The notes below the pieces were generated by a model. It was not told the origin of the DNA and ran no database searches. It was given only the letters and a program-made list of their open reading frames with translations. Below are positions 20,113 through 33,750 of a DNA stretch of 64,000 nucleotides, piece after piece. The stretch's first letter is position 1. Each line of letters begins with the position of its first letter. The translations under genes were made by a program, and so were the position numbers. The DNA comes from Thermoanaerobaculia bacterium (GTDB lineage: Bacteria > Acidobacteriota > Thermoanaerobaculia > Multivoradales > Multivoraceae). Where the stretch lies: assembly GCA_963666565.1 (NCBI GenBank), contig OY762911.1, positions 288,001 to 352,000 on the forward strand, given 5' to 3'.

Positions 20113-21408
20113 TCAGGAACCCGAACCGTGAACGCCGGTGGCGCCGGAGCGGCGGCTCAGGCGCATCGCGACTTCAGGCGCTTCGCGCAGGCAGGTCCAG
20201 AGGATGCGAAGCGAGGTCAGGAAGGCCCGCCAGCCGGTCCGGAACGCGACCGCCGGCCGCGCGGCGATCTCCGGATAGCCCCGACCGTCCGTCCTGGCCT
20301 TCTCCCAGCCGGCGAACAGGCGCCCCCAGGGGCTCGCCAGCGCCTCGGCCATCTGCCGCTTCGCCTTGTACGGATACCAGAAGGTGTCGTGGTAGAGGAC
20401 GCTCGCCAGGTACGCCCAGGGCGCGAGAAACGTGCGGAGCGACCACTCGACGGGTCGCCGCAGCGGCCCCCAGTAGATCTTGTGCTGCATCCGCGCGGCG
20501 AACGTCATCTTGCGGAAAGGACCGACGAAGCCCCAGCTCTTCCCCGCAACCGCCGGATCCCCCGCGATCTCGATGTCTCGCGGATCGCCGCAACCGAGGC
20601 CGAGATCGTGCGCGAGGCGGATGTAGCGGATCGACAGCGGGTCGAATCCCATCAGCTTCGCGGCCACGGCGTCGATCGCCACCTGGTCCGCGCTGGCCAG
20701 GATCGCGTTGCCAACTCGCGGGATCATGCAGCGCGGCCCCGGCCCGTCGCCGGCAAACGTGCCGTCCATCGCCGCGAAGACGCCCCGGTGGATGCGCTGC
20801 TGGATCATCAGCAGGTCGACCAGGGTCTCGTGGATGACCGGGTGGGTCCAGTGCCGGCGCTCGTTCAGCAATCCCCCGAACGCGTTCTTCATCGCCCCGG
20901 TCGTCGTCGTGAAGACGTGGGTCTTCACCGTCGGCAGGTGGATGATGTTCTCGCCGACGAACCGCGCCGGGATGTGGAAGCCCCGCGGGTACACGTCGTT
21001 CAGGCACAGGAAGCGCTCCGCCAGGTCGCCCACGGCGTCCCGGACCGGCAGCCACTCCTCGCCCTCCTCGTACAGGTGAACGTTGCGCAGGCCGTGCGCC
21101 TCGACGACGTCGATCTGCTTGTTCTCCCGCTCGCCCAGACGCGCGTCGATCACGACCGTCCGGTTGTGGCAGCCGTGGATCAGGGCCGGGTCGTAGCCGT
21201 CCTTCTTCATCGCCCGCACGACGCCTTCGAGCTGCCAGGGCGTGGTCGAACTGCCCGGGTAGAAGAAGTGCCAGGAGATGTTGATCTTGAGCGCCGTGTC
21301 GACGGACGGATCGACCACCTCGCGGTAGCCCGCGAGATTCAGGAGCTCGTGGTAGTCGGCCAGGATCGAACCGGGCGCCGTCGGCAACACGGCGACCCGC
21401 GAGCTCAA
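20113..21408 (-). CDS. DUF362 domain protein
   Basis: [38 protein letters not shown]; TTG start inferred at 21408. Confidence 0.8.
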   Translation of the reverse strand: MSSRVAVLPTAPGSILADYHELLNLAGYREVVDPSVDTALKINISWHFFYPGSSTTPWQLEGVVRAMKKDGYDPALIHGCHNRTVVIDARLGERENKQIDVVEAHGLRNVHLYEEGEEWLPVRDAVGDLAERFLCLNDVYPRGFHIPARFVGENIIHLPTVKTHVFTTTTGAMKNAFGGLLNERRHWTHPVIHETLVDLLMIQQRIHRGVFAAMDGTFAGDGPGPRCMIPRVGNAILASADQVAIDAVAAKLMGFDPLSIRYIRLAHDLGLGCGDPRDIEIAGDPAVAGKSWGFVGPFRKMTFAARMQHKIYWGPLRRPVEWSLRTFLAPWAYLASVLYHDTFWYPYKAKRQMAEALASPWGRLFAGWEKARTDGRGYPEIAARPAVAFRTGWRAFLTSLRILWTCLREAPEVAMRLSRRSGATGVHGSGS

Positions 21409-21720
21409 TTCGGCGCCCCCCGCGCGCCCCCGCACATGGCGGCCCGGCAACGCGGGCCGTTCGGCGAACGGAAGCGATCGCGACCGGCGCTCAATTCGGC
21501 GCCCCCCGCGCGCCCCCGCACATGGCGGCCCGGCAACGCGGGCCGTTCGGCGAACGGAAGCGATTCGCGACCGGCGCTCAATTCGGCGCCCCTCGCGCGC
21601 CCCCGCACATGGCGGCCCGGCAAGGCGGGCCGTTCGGCGAACGGAAGCGATTCGCGACCGGCGCTCAATTCGGCGCCCCTCGCGCGCCCCTCGACATGGC
21701 GGCCAGGAAATCGCCGTTCG
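21403..21720. repeat. Tandem repeat, 86/87/87-bp units plus partial fourth copy in the rho 3' end
   Basis: GCTCAATTCGGCGCCCC starts at 21403, 21489, 21576, 21663. Confidence 0.93.
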
Positions 21721-23020
21721 ACAGCGTGTTCTTCAGCCGCTCCTGGAGCACCTCCATCGCCTCGACCGTGGGCAGCGGGTTCAGCACCTTGCGCAGCACC
21801 CATACCCGTTGCAACTCGTCCGGCGACAGCAGCAGTTCCTCCTTGCGGGTGCCGGACTTCTCGATGTCGATCGCGGGGAAGATCCGCTTGTCGACCAGCT
21901 TGCGGTCCAGGTGGAGCTCGGAGTTGCCGGTGCCCTTGAACTCCTCGAAGATCACGTCGTCCATCCGGCTGCCGGTGTCGACCAGCGCGGTGGCCACGAT
22001 GGTCAGGGAACCGCCGCTCTCGATGTTCCGGGCGGCGCCGAAGAACCGCTTCGGCCGCTGCAGGGCGCTCGCGTCGATGCCGCCGGACAGCACCTTGCCC
22101 GACGGCGGCTGCATCGTGTTGTAGGCGCGGGCCAGCCGGGTGATCGAGTCGAGCAGGATGACGACCTCCTTGCCGTACTCGACCAGCCGCTTCGCCTTCT
22201 CGATCACCATCTCGGCGACCTGGATGTGGCGCGAGGCGGGTTCGTCGAAGGTGGACGAGACGACCTCCCCGCGAACGGACCGCTCCATGTCCGTCACTTC
22301 CTCGGGGCGCTCGTCGATCAGCAGGACGACCAGCAGCACTTCCGGGTGGTTCGTGGCGATCGAGTTCGCCAGGGACTGCAGGAGCATCGTCTTGCCGGTA
22401 CGCGGCGGCGCGACGATCAGGGCGCGCTGGCCCTTGCCCATCGGCGCGACCAGGTCGGTGACCCGCGACGACAGGTCGCCGGCGACCTCCAGGCGAAGCC
22501 TCTCCTCGGGATACAGCGGCGTCAGGTTGTCGAAGAAGATCTTCTGCCGCACCACGTCCGGGTGCTCGAAGTTCACCGCCTCCAGCTTCATCAGGGCCAG
22601 GTAGCGCTCGCCCTCCTTGTACGGCTTGCGCACCTGGCCGGAGACGGTGTCCCCGGTGCGCAGATCGAAACGCCGGATCTGGCTGCGGGAGACGTAGATG
22701 TCGTCCGGCCCCGGCATGTAGCTGTACTCGGGAGCGCGCAGGAAGCCGAAGCCGTCGTTCACCCGCTCGAGCACCCCTTCGCCGAACGCCAGGCCGCTCC
22801 TCTCGGTCTGCTTCTCCAGGATCTTGAAGGTCAGCTCCTGCCTGGCCATGCCGGCGGCGCCCTCGACGTCCAGCTCGCGGGCGAGCTTGAGGATGTCGGG
22901 GTTGCTCAGGTCCTTCATGGCCTTCAGATCGAAGGCCAGATCGGCGCTCTGCGCGGCCCTCGAGCCGCCTCCTCCATCACGCCCGTCTTCACGGGCTGCA
23001 TCGGTCGTCATGTTCCTCAT
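21665..23020 (-). CDS. rho: Transcription termination factor Rho
   Basis: [39 protein letters not shown]. Confidence 0.98.
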   Translation of the reverse strand: MRNMTTDAAREDGRDGGGGSRAAQSADLAFDLKAMKDLSNPDILKLARELDVEGAAGMARQELTFKILEKQTERSGLAFGEGVLERVNDGFGFLRAPEYSYMPGPDDIYVSRSQIRRFDLRTGDTVSGQVRKPYKEGERYLALMKLEAVNFEHPDVVRQKIFFDNLTPLYPEERLRLEVAGDLSSRVTDLVAPMGKGQRALIVAPPRTGKTMLLQSLANSIATNHPEVLLVVLLIDERPEEVTDMERSVRGEVVSSTFDEPASRHIQVAEMVIEKAKRLVEYGKEVVILLDSITRLARAYNTMQPPSGKVLSGGIDASALQRPKRFFGAARNIESGGSLTIVATALVDTGSRMDDVIFEEFKGTGNSELHLDRKLVDKRIFPAIDIEKSGTRKEELLLSPDELQRVWVLRKVLNPLPTVEAMEVLQERLKNTLSNGDFLAAMSRGARGAPN

Positions 23021-23052
23021 CCTTGCCCGAAGAAGCCCGCCGGCCCTGATTT

Positions 23053-23631
23053 TCAGGGGTCGAGCAACTCCTTGTACAGCCGGGAGACTCCTTCTCCGGT
23101 TCGAGACGACACGGGGAACAGCTCGGCCCCGGTCGCCATTCCCAACAGGTCCCTGACCCTGGCAAGGGCACCGGCCCGAGCCCCCCGCTTCACCCGGTCG
23201 ATCTTGGTCACCGCCACGACGGGTTCGAGTCCCAAGCCCTGGAGGTATCCGTACGCTTCGGAGTCGAGCGGCGTACCGGCGACCTTACCATCGACCAGCA
23301 GGACGACCCGGACCGGACCGGCGGCCGACCGGAAGTACCGCTCGACGCGCCGGCCCCAGGCCTCCCGTTCGCTCTTCGAGACCCGGGCGTACCCGTAGCC
23401 GGGAAGATCGACGACGTACCAGGAGTCGTCGACCAGGAAGAAGTTGACGCTCCGGGTCCGCCCCGGCCGGGAGCTCGTCCGCGCCAGGTTCTTTCGGCCG
23501 AGCAGCCGGTTGATCAGGCTCGACTTGCCGACGTTCGAGCGGCCGGCGAAGGCGAACTGCGGCCGGCCGTCCCGGGGCAGATCGGCCGCCCGGACGGCGG
23601 AGACGACGAAGCGGGCGTCACGGACCCTCAA
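23053..23631 (-). CDS. engB: Ribosome biogenesis GTPase YihA/YsxC
   Basis: [19 protein letters not shown]; follows lon. Confidence 0.94.
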   Translation of the reverse strand: MRVRDARFVVSAVRAADLPRDGRPQFAFAGRSNVGKSSLINRLLGRKNLARTSSRPGRTRSVNFFLVDDSWYVVDLPGYGYARVSKSEREAWGRRVERYFRSAAGPVRVVLLVDGKVAGTPLDSEAYGYLQGLGLEPVVAVTKIDRVKRGARAGALARVRDLLGMATGAELFPVSSRTGEGVSRLYKELLDP

Positions 23632-23661
23632 GGTCCCGCTCGACTTCCTGAGTGGGCCTCG

Positions 23662-26151
<2,490 letters not shown>

Positions 26152-26153
26152 CC

Positions 26154-27389
<1,236 letters not shown>

Positions 27390-27573
27390 CCGTCGGTCGT
27401 TCCAGCCTGTCTATCGGGTCTCTTCGAGCGTACCTGCACGGGCCGGACAGACCGCGCCCGGCGCCGCATGGTAGCACGGGCCGGCCTGCCGGGGCCGCCG
27501 CGAGAGCTCCGTTCGCCCGGCAGGCCGCGCCAGGGCCCGGACCAGACACGGCACCCGCGACGGGTTGGCGGCG

Positions 27574-28170
27574 CTACTCGTCCGAGGCGCCCCGGCGCTC
27601 GACGACGCGGTCGGCGAGGCCGTACTCGACGGCCATCTCGGCGGTCAGGATCTTGTCGCGCTCGGTGTCCGAGTGCACCTCTTCGATGGACTTTCCGGTG
27701 TGCTGAGCCAGCAGTTCGTCGATCCGGCCGCGCATCCGCAGCAGGTCCTGGGCGTGGATGTCGATGTCCGTCTGCTGGCCGCCGAGGCTCTGCACCCAGG
27801 GCTGGTGGATCAGCACCCTGGCGTTCGGCAGCACCATCCGCTTCTCCTGCGCGCCGCCCGCGAGCAGGACCGCGGCGAAGGACGCGGCTTGGCCGACGCA
27901 GAGGGTGGAGACATCCGGCTTGACGTGCTGCATCGTGTCGTAGATGGCGAAGCCGGCGGTCACCGAACCTCCGGGCGAGTTGATGTAGAGCGAGATGTCC
28001 TTCTCCGGGTTCTCGGACTCCAGGAACAGCATCTGCGCGATGACCAGGTTCGCCACGTCGTCGTCGATCGGCCGGCCCAGGAACACGATGTTGTCCTTGA
28101 GCAGGCGCGAGTAGATGTCGTAAGCCCGTTCGCCCCGGTTGGTCTGCTCGACCACCATCGGTACCAGCAT
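27574..28170 (-). CDS. clpP: Clp protease proteolytic subunit
   Basis: [23 protein letters not shown]. Confidence 0.97.
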   Translation of the reverse strand: MLVPMVVEQTNRGERAYDIYSRLLKDNIVFLGRPIDDDVANLVIAQMLFLESENPEKDISLYINSPGGSVTAGFAIYDTMQHVKPDVSTLCVGQAASFAAVLLAGGAQEKRMVLPNARVLIHQPWVQSLGGQQTDIDIHAQDLLRMRGRIDELLAQHTGKSIEEVHSDTERDKILTAEMAVEYGLADRVVERRGASDE

Positions 28171-28174
28171 CGCT

Positions 28175-29566
28175 CTAGTCCTCTCCTTCCGCGGCGGGCT
28201 CGTCCGCGCCGCCGGCCGGTTCCTCGGGCGGCGCGTTGGCCGCCAGCAGGGCCTGCACGGTGCGGTCCCGCCGGAGTTCGATCCTCAGCATCTCCAGGCC
28301 GCCTTCCCGCTCCATCTCGCGGCGCAGCTTCGCCCGGTTCACGTTGCGGCCGCGCGCCATGATCTCCAGCGCCCGTTCGAGGTCCTCGGCCGACGCCTCG
28401 ATCCCGTCCGCGCGGGCGATCCGGTCGAGCAGGAAGGACGCGTGCGCCCGCTTCAGGGCCTGCGGCCGGATCTCCTCCATCAACTGGTCCCAGGGCAGTT
28501 GCTGCCGCTCGAGGTCGACCCCCTGGCGCGCCAGGTTGGTCGCGTACGACCTGGCCATCTGGACCGCCTCGCGCTCCACCACCGCCTCCGGCAGGGTCGC
28601 CGGATAGCGCTCGCGCAACTGCTCGAGCAGGGCGTCGGCGCGCCGATTGCCAGCCTGCTCGGTCTTCTGGGCGCGCACCTGGTCGCGCAACTGTGCGCGC
28701 AGGTCGTCGACGGTGTCGATCGTCGAGGCCAGGCTGGCCGCCCATTCGTCGTTCACTTCCGGGAGCTTGCGCTCCAGCACCTCGTCGACCTCGATCTCGT
28801 AGCCTCGTTGCCGCTCGACGTCTTCGTCCATCTCGGTGCGCTTGAAGTCCGCCTTCCCGCCCGCCGACAGGCCGGTCAGGTTGTCCGTCAGTTCGGGCCA
28901 AGCGCGCTCGTCGCCGAGTTCCAGGTCGATGTCGTGGGTCGCCGGACCCCGCGGGTCGTGGTCGTGGTCATGGCCGTGATCGTGGTCGTGCCCGTGATCG
29001 TGGCCGTGGCTGTCGACCTCCGTTCCGGGGACGTAGCCGGGCAGGGCGGCGCGGTGGATCCTGCCCCGCACCCGGTCGCCGCGCGCTGCCGCCCGTTCGA
29101 CCGGCGCCCAGGTCGAGCGCTGGAGCCGCAACTGCTCCAGGAGTTCGTCGACCTCGGCTTCGCTGGGCGCCGTCTCGGGCTGCGGCAACGAGAAGCTCCG
29201 GCTGTCGTCGATCTCCACGTCGGGCTCGACGTCGACGGTCACCGTGAACCGCAGCGGTTGCCCCGGCTCGGCCCGAACCGGCGCCACGCTGGGCGGCAGC
29301 ATGGCGTGGACGTCTTCCTCGTCGCGCGCCTTCCGCCAGTACTTCGGGGCCAGACGCTCCGAGACGTCCTCGCCGATGGACCCGGCGAACCGCTGCCGCA
29401 CCAGATCGAGCGGCGCCTTCCCCTTGCGGAAGCCGTCGATGCGCGCCCGGCGGCGGTAGTCCCTGGCGACCCGCAGGTACTCGGCGTCCACCTCGGCGGC
29501 GGGCGCCTCGATCTCGAACTCCTGGCGGCAAACGCCGACCTCCCGCTTGGAGACCACCACAGTCAT
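28175..29566 (-). CDS. tig: Trigger factor with His-rich insertion
   Basis: [10 protein letters not shown] signature; tig-clpP-clpX-lon synteny. Confidence 0.93.
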   Translation of the reverse strand: MTVVVSKREVGVCRQEFEIEAPAAEVDAEYLRVARDYRRRARIDGFRKGKAPLDLVRQRFAGSIGEDVSERLAPKYWRKARDEEDVHAMLPPSVAPVRAEPGQPLRFTVTVDVEPDVEIDDSRSFSLPQPETAPSEAEVDELLEQLRLQRSTWAPVERAAARGDRVRGRIHRAALPGYVPGTEVDSHGHDHGHDHDHGHDHDHDPRGPATHDIDLELGDERAWPELTDNLTGLSAGGKADFKRTEMDEDVERQRGYEIEVDEVLERKLPEVNDEWAASLASTIDTVDDLRAQLRDQVRAQKTEQAGNRRADALLEQLRERYPATLPEAVVEREAVQMARSYATNLARQGVDLERQQLPWDQLMEEIRPQALKRAHASFLLDRIARADGIEASAEDLERALEIMARGRNVNRAKLRREMEREGGLEMLRIELRRDRTVQALLAANAPPEEPAGGADEPAAEGED

Positions 29567-29625
29567 GGCCGAACGGGTTGCTCAGGAAGTTCCGGTTGCG
29601 AAGGGGGATGGCGACGTGAGGGAGG

Positions 29626-29713
<88 letters not shown>

Positions 29714-29748
29714 CCGACGCCAACGCGGAAGCCGCCGGGGGCGAGGCA

Positions 29749-29824
29749 TGGTGAGCCGCCTAGGAATCGAACCTAGAACCCACAGATTAAGAGTCTGTTG
29801 CTCTGCCAATTGAGCTAGCGGCCC
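29749..29824 (-). tRNA. tRNA-Lys(CTT)
   Basis: GGGCCGCTAGCTCAATTGG...ACAGACT-CTT-AATCTGT...GGTTCGATTCC...CACCA, 76 nt. Confidence 0.96.
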
Positions 29825-29894
29825 AGCCTCCGCGCCGCCTCGTCGAGCCGCTCCAGCGGCCGGCGGCGACGGGCGACTATACCCGATCCCGCGC

Positions 29895-30149
29895 TCAGCC
29901 GCCCTGGACGAAACGGACGATCTCCACCCGGTCGCCGTCCTCGAGGCGCGTCCCGCCGAACCGGGCGCGCGGCACGAGCTCGCGGTTCACCTCCACCGCC
30001 ACCGTCTTCGGGTGCTGATCGAGGCTCGCCAGCAGGTCGAGCACGCTGGCCCCGGCTTCCGGCGCGGCCAGCTCCCGCTCCTGGCCGTTGACCCGGAGTC
30101 GCAGCGTGCGGCCCGGAGCGCCCGGGCGCCCGGTCGGCGACGGCGCCAT
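29895..30149 (-). CDS. thiS: Sulfur carrier protein ThiS
   Basis: VNGQ, VAVEVN, C-terminal EIVRFVQGG. Confidence 0.92.
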   Translation of the reverse strand: MAPSPTGRPGAPGRTLRLRVNGQERELAAPEAGASVLDLLASLDQHPKTVAVEVNRELVPRARFGGTRLEDGDRVEIVRFVQGG

Positions 30150-30162
30150 CGCGGAACCCGCC

Positions 30163-30657
30163 TCAGGCGGGCGCCAGGTCCGCCGTGCGGTCCGGCGCGT
30201 CGGACCACAGGCGCTCCAGCCGGTAGAGCTCCCGCCGCTCGGCGTCGAAGACGTGGACCACCACGTCGCCGTAGTCGAGCAGCACCCACTGGCCCCTGCC
30301 TCTGCCCTCCAGGTGAAGCGGCCGGGCGCCGTCGCCGCGCAGCCGGCGTTCCACCGCCTCGGCGATGCTGCCCACCTGGCGGGCGTTGGCGCCGTTGCAA
30401 ATGACGAAGTAGTCGGTGAAGTCGCTGACTTCGGTGAGTTCGAGCACCCGGAGGTCCAGCGCCTTGCGATCGAGCGCCGCGGCGGCGGCGGCGCGGACGC
30501 GGTTCTCGGTGGCGGCCCGCGGATCGTGGCCGCTCTCCGGCTCGCCGCCTTCCAGGGCCTGGACGCCTTCCGCCGGGGGGGTCTCCGGGGCGCGGCTCGT
30601 CTCCGGCTCGGGGATCGTCGTGCCCGCCTGGGCCTGGAGCGTCTGCGTTTGCGTCAA
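30163..30657 (-). CDS. rsfS: Ribosome silencing factor
   Basis: DYFVICNG, WVLLDYGDVVVHVF, YRLERLW. Confidence 0.94.
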   Translation of the reverse strand: MTQTQTLQAQAGTTIPEPETSRAPETPPAEGVQALEGGEPESGHDPRAATENRVRAAAAAALDRKALDLRVLELTEVSDFTDYFVICNGANARQVGSIAEAVERRLRGDGARPLHLEGRGRGQWVLLDYGDVVVHVFDAERRELYRLERLWSDAPDRTADLAPA

Positions 30658-31259
30658 CGGTACAACCCGTACTTGCGACAGTACCGCAGCACGGCATCGG
30701 GCAGCAAGCCGGCGTCGACCTCCTCGCCCCGGGCAAGCCGCCGGCGAATGGCGCTGGAGGAGACGTCGACGGACCGGTGAGGCACCATGTCGAACCCGCG
30801 CGCGCCCTCGACCGCCGCGCGCACCGCCGGATCCAGCCCGCGTTCGCCGGGCCGCGCCAGGACGACCAGCCGGACCGCGCCGATCAGGTCCTCGAACCGG
30901 CGCCAGGAGGCGAGTTCGTTGAAGCTGTCGACGCCGAGCAGCAGGTGGAGGTCGGCGTCCGGACGCTCCGCCGCGTACCGCTCCACCGTGTCGACGGTGT
31001 ACGCGGTGCGGCCGAGATCGAGTTCGGCGTCGGAAACGACGAGTGCGGGGTGCGGCAACAGCGCCAGCTCGACCATCGTGTTCCGCATCAGCGCGGGCGC
31101 CCTCGTGCCGCCCGGCTTGTGCGGCGGACGAGCGGTCGGCAGGTAGTGGACGACGTCGAGGTCCAGGGCTTCCCGCGCGGCGAGCACCGGCAGGATGTGG
31201 CCGTTGTGGATCGGGTCGAAGCTGCCGCCGAAGAGGCCGATGCGCGCCTTGCGGCTCAT
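30654..31259 (-). CDS. nadD: Nicotinate-nucleotide adenylyltransferase
   Basis: GGSFDPIHNGH, PPHK, YTVDT, SSSAIR. Confidence 0.95.
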   Translation of the reverse strand: MSRKARIGLFGGSFDPIHNGHILPVLAAREALDLDVVHYLPTARPPHKPGGTRAPALMRNTMVELALLPHPALVVSDAELDLGRTAYTVDTVERYAAERPDADLHLLLGVDSFNELASWRRFEDLIGAVRLVVLARPGERGLDPAVRAAVEGARGFDMVPHRSVDVSSSAIRRRLARGEEVDAGLLPDAVLRYCRKYGLYR

Positions 31260-32371
31260 GGCGGTACTTCCGGGGCCGTGTCCGCGCCGCCTGCGGCTGG
31301 GGCCGCCGGTTCCGCCGTGTCCGCGCCGCCGGGCGCCAGGGCCGCGCCGGCGTCCTCGTCGTCGAGCAGGCGCCGCAGGTTGCGCGCCAGGGGCGCCAAG
31401 CCCGCTCCCGCCACCGCCGAGATCTCGAAGACGGGCAGGTCCCGGCCGGCGGCCGCCTCCCGGAGCGCGCGGCGGCGCTCCTCGTCGGCGACGTCGAGCT
31501 TCGAACCGCACAGGATCCGCGGCCGCCGCGGGAGATCCTCGTTGAAGGCGCCCAGTTCGGCGTCGATGGTGTCCAGGGACTCCTCGACGCCGCCGCCCGC
31601 GCCCTCCGGCTGCGGTCCGAGGTCGACCAGGTGCAGCAGCACGCGGCAACGCTCCACGTGCCGGAGGAAGCGGATTCCCAGCCCGGCGCCCTGGGCCGCG
31701 CCGGCGATCAGCCCCGGCAGATCGGCGATCACGAAGGGCTCGGCCTCCACCGGCAGAGCCGGCGCGCCGACCACGCCGAGCTGCGGCACGAGCGTCGTGA
31801 ACGGATAGTCCGCGATCTTCGGCCGGGCGGACGTCAGCACGCCGATCAGCGTCGATTTGCCGGCGTTCGGCAGGCCGACGACGCCGACGTCGGCGAGCAG
31901 CTTGAGTTCAAGACGCAGCCGCCGTTGCTCGCCCGGCGTCCCCGGCTCCGTCCGCCTCGGCGCCCGCTGGCGCGCGCTCTTGAAGCGGGCGTTGCCGCGG
32001 CCGCCGGCGCCGCCTCGCGCCACCACCAACCGCTCGTCCCCGGTAAGGACCTCGCCGAGAGGCTCGCCGGTGGCAGCGTCGCGGACCTCGGTTCCGAGCG
32101 GCACGGGGATCACGAGGTCGCGGCCGCTTCGGCCCGTCTTGTTCGAACCCTCGCCGTGCCGGCCGCGCTCGGCCCGGCAGGAGGCCGGGAAGGTGAGGCG
32201 GTAGAGCGTGCCGAGCCCCGGCGAGCCGACCAGGACGACGTCCCCGCCATTGCCGCCGTCGCCCCCGGAGGGACCGCCCTGCGGGACGAACTTCTCGCGC
32301 CGGAAAGCCAGGCAGCCGTTGCCGCCCGAACCCGCGAGGACATCGATGACGGCCTCGTCGATGAAGTGCAT
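31256..32371 (-). CDS. obgE: GTPase ObgE/CgtA
   Basis: FIDE, Gly-rich Obg domain, GLPNAGKST, YPFTT, DLPG. Confidence 0.97.
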   Translation of the reverse strand: MHFIDEAVIDVLAGSGGNGCLAFRREKFVPQGGPSGGDGGNGGDVVLVGSPGLGTLYRLTFPASCRAERGRHGEGSNKTGRSGRDLVIPVPLGTEVRDAATGEPLGEVLTGDERLVVARGGAGGRGNARFKSARQRAPRRTEPGTPGEQRRLRLELKLLADVGVVGLPNAGKSTLIGVLTSARPKIADYPFTTLVPQLGVVGAPALPVEAEPFVIADLPGLIAGAAQGAGLGIRFLRHVERCRVLLHLVDLGPQPEGAGGGVEESLDTIDAELGAFNEDLPRRPRILCGSKLDVADEERRRALREAAAGRDLPVFEISAVAGAGLAPLARNLRRLLDDEDAGAALAPGGADTAEPAAPAAGGADTAPEVPP

Positions 32372-32406
32372 GGGCCGCTCCCGCGGCGTTGCGCGCCTGG
32401 CCGGAG

Positions 32407-32664
32407 TTACACGGCCGGGTGGACGTTGACCACCTTGCCCCGTCGGCCCCGGTCGCGGAACTCCACCACGCCGTCCGCCCGCGCGTAGAGCGTGTCGTCG
32501 CCGCCGCGTCCCACGTTCTCGCCGGGGAAGAAGCGGGTGCCGCGCTGGCGCACGATGATCGTGCCGCCGGTCACGCTCTCGCCGGAGTAACGCTTCACGC
32601 CCAGGTTCTTGGGGTTCGAATCCCGGCCGTTGCGGCTGGAGCCCTGGCCTTTCTTGTGCGCCAT
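32407..32664 (-). CDS. rpmA: 50S ribosomal protein L27
   Basis: [16 protein letters not shown]. Confidence 0.98.
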   Translation of the reverse strand: MAHKKGQGSSRNGRDSNPKNLGVKRYSGESVTGGTIIVRQRGTRFFPGENVGRGGDDTLYARADGVVEFRDRGRRGKVVNVHPAV

Positions 32665-32695
32665 CTCTTCGACCTCCGTTGCTCCGGCGAGAGGC

Positions 32696-33025
32696 TTACG
32701 CCCCGCCGTTCCGTTCGATCGCCTCGATCCGGAAGCGCTGCAGCTCCTGCCGGTGTCCGCGGCGCCGGCGGTAGCCCTTGCGGCGCTTGAACTTGAACAC
32801 GACGATCTTCGGGCCGCGCAGGTCGGTCACGAGTTGCGCCCGGACCCGGGCTCCCTCGACGTGGGGATCCCCGACCGCGGCTTCGTCCTCGCCGCCGCCG
32901 ATCATCAGCACCCGGTCGAAGACCACCTCCGAACCGGCCTCGGCGCCGGCGACGCGTTCCAGGTCGACAACATCGCCTTCCGCGACCCGGACCTGCTTGC
33001 CGCCGGTCTCTATCACTGCGTACAT
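32696..33025 (-). CDS. rplU: 50S ribosomal protein L21
   Basis: [15 protein letters not shown]. Confidence 0.98.
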   Translation of the reverse strand: MYAVIETGGKQVRVAEGDVVDLERVAGAEAGSEVVFDRVLMIGGGEDEAAVGDPHVEGARVRAQLVTDLRGPKIVVFKFKRRKGYRRRRGHRQELQRFRIEAIERNGGA

Positions 33026-33285
33026 GGTGTTCTCCCCCCGCGCCGCCCGCCGCCGGAGCGCCAAGCGACGGCGGACAATAGCACCGGCCTGGCTGCCGGG
33101 TCAATGACGGGCGTGGAGCCGGATGCGCCGCCCGACGCGCCGCTTCAGCGTGCGCCCTGGAACGAGCGGTCCACGGTTTCAGTGTACGCTCCCGGAGTTC
33201 AGCCCGCCCGGCGGCGCGCGTCGCAATCAGGAGAACGAAGACCAGCACCCGCAACGACCAAGCAGACCCGACGTCGGGCAACGGG

Positions 33286-33741
33286 ATGGATTTGGATCGC
33301 CGGCTGGAGGGTTCCGCGCACGACGGCCTGTTCCGGTACTGGGAGCTGGAAGACGTTCTGGTGGGGGGCGAACTTTGGGCCGTGCTGGAGGCTCGCGGCA
33401 TGGATGTGCAGAGGACCTGCGGGGGTCTGCACGTTGAGCGCGACGGCAAGGTGTTCGCCACGGGACCCGTCGCGATGACCAGCAACGAAGTCGTGGCCGT
33501 CTTCCTGGAGACGACCATGCGGCTCGAGTGGATCCAGAACTTCCTGGCCACTTTGTCCAGGCTTCTCCACTGGTGGCCGGCCTACCGAGGCCGGAAGATC
33601 CACGGCGCGCTGGCCTATCTGGATTGCGAGGAAGAGGCGAGGCGGTACGCGGAGCGCGTGGGGTTGTTCCTCATCCGGGTCGTCGACGGCCATGCACGCA
33701 TCGAGAACGGCCCCGGCTTCGAACCGCGCTCCTTCGGCTGA
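33286..33741 (+). CDS. Hypothetical protein resembling a DUF3782-like PD-(D/E)XK fold, apparently degenerate
   Basis: C-terminal YRGRKIHGALAYL...RYAERVGLFLI...FEPRSF pattern, recognised from memory. Confidence 0.55.
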   Translation: MDLDRRLEGSAHDGLFRYWELEDVLVGGELWAVLEARGMDVQRTCGGLHVERDGKVFATGPVAMTSNEVVAVFLETTMRLEWIQNFLATLSRLLHWWPAYRGRKIHGALAYLDCEEEARRYAERVGLFLIRVVDGHARIENGPGFEPRSFG

Positions 33742-33750
33742 GCGGCGCTG

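Noticed and set aside
21403-21720. CRISPR or DGR-type repeat
   Set aside because: Whole units repeat with no variable spacers, no adenine-specific variation and no reverse transcriptase
18670-21939. Very long alternative-frame ORFs (also 43916-47020, 54184-57177, 59395-62820 and others)
   Set aside because: Arg/Pro/Ala-rich shadow frames overlapping well-supported genes, expected at this GC content
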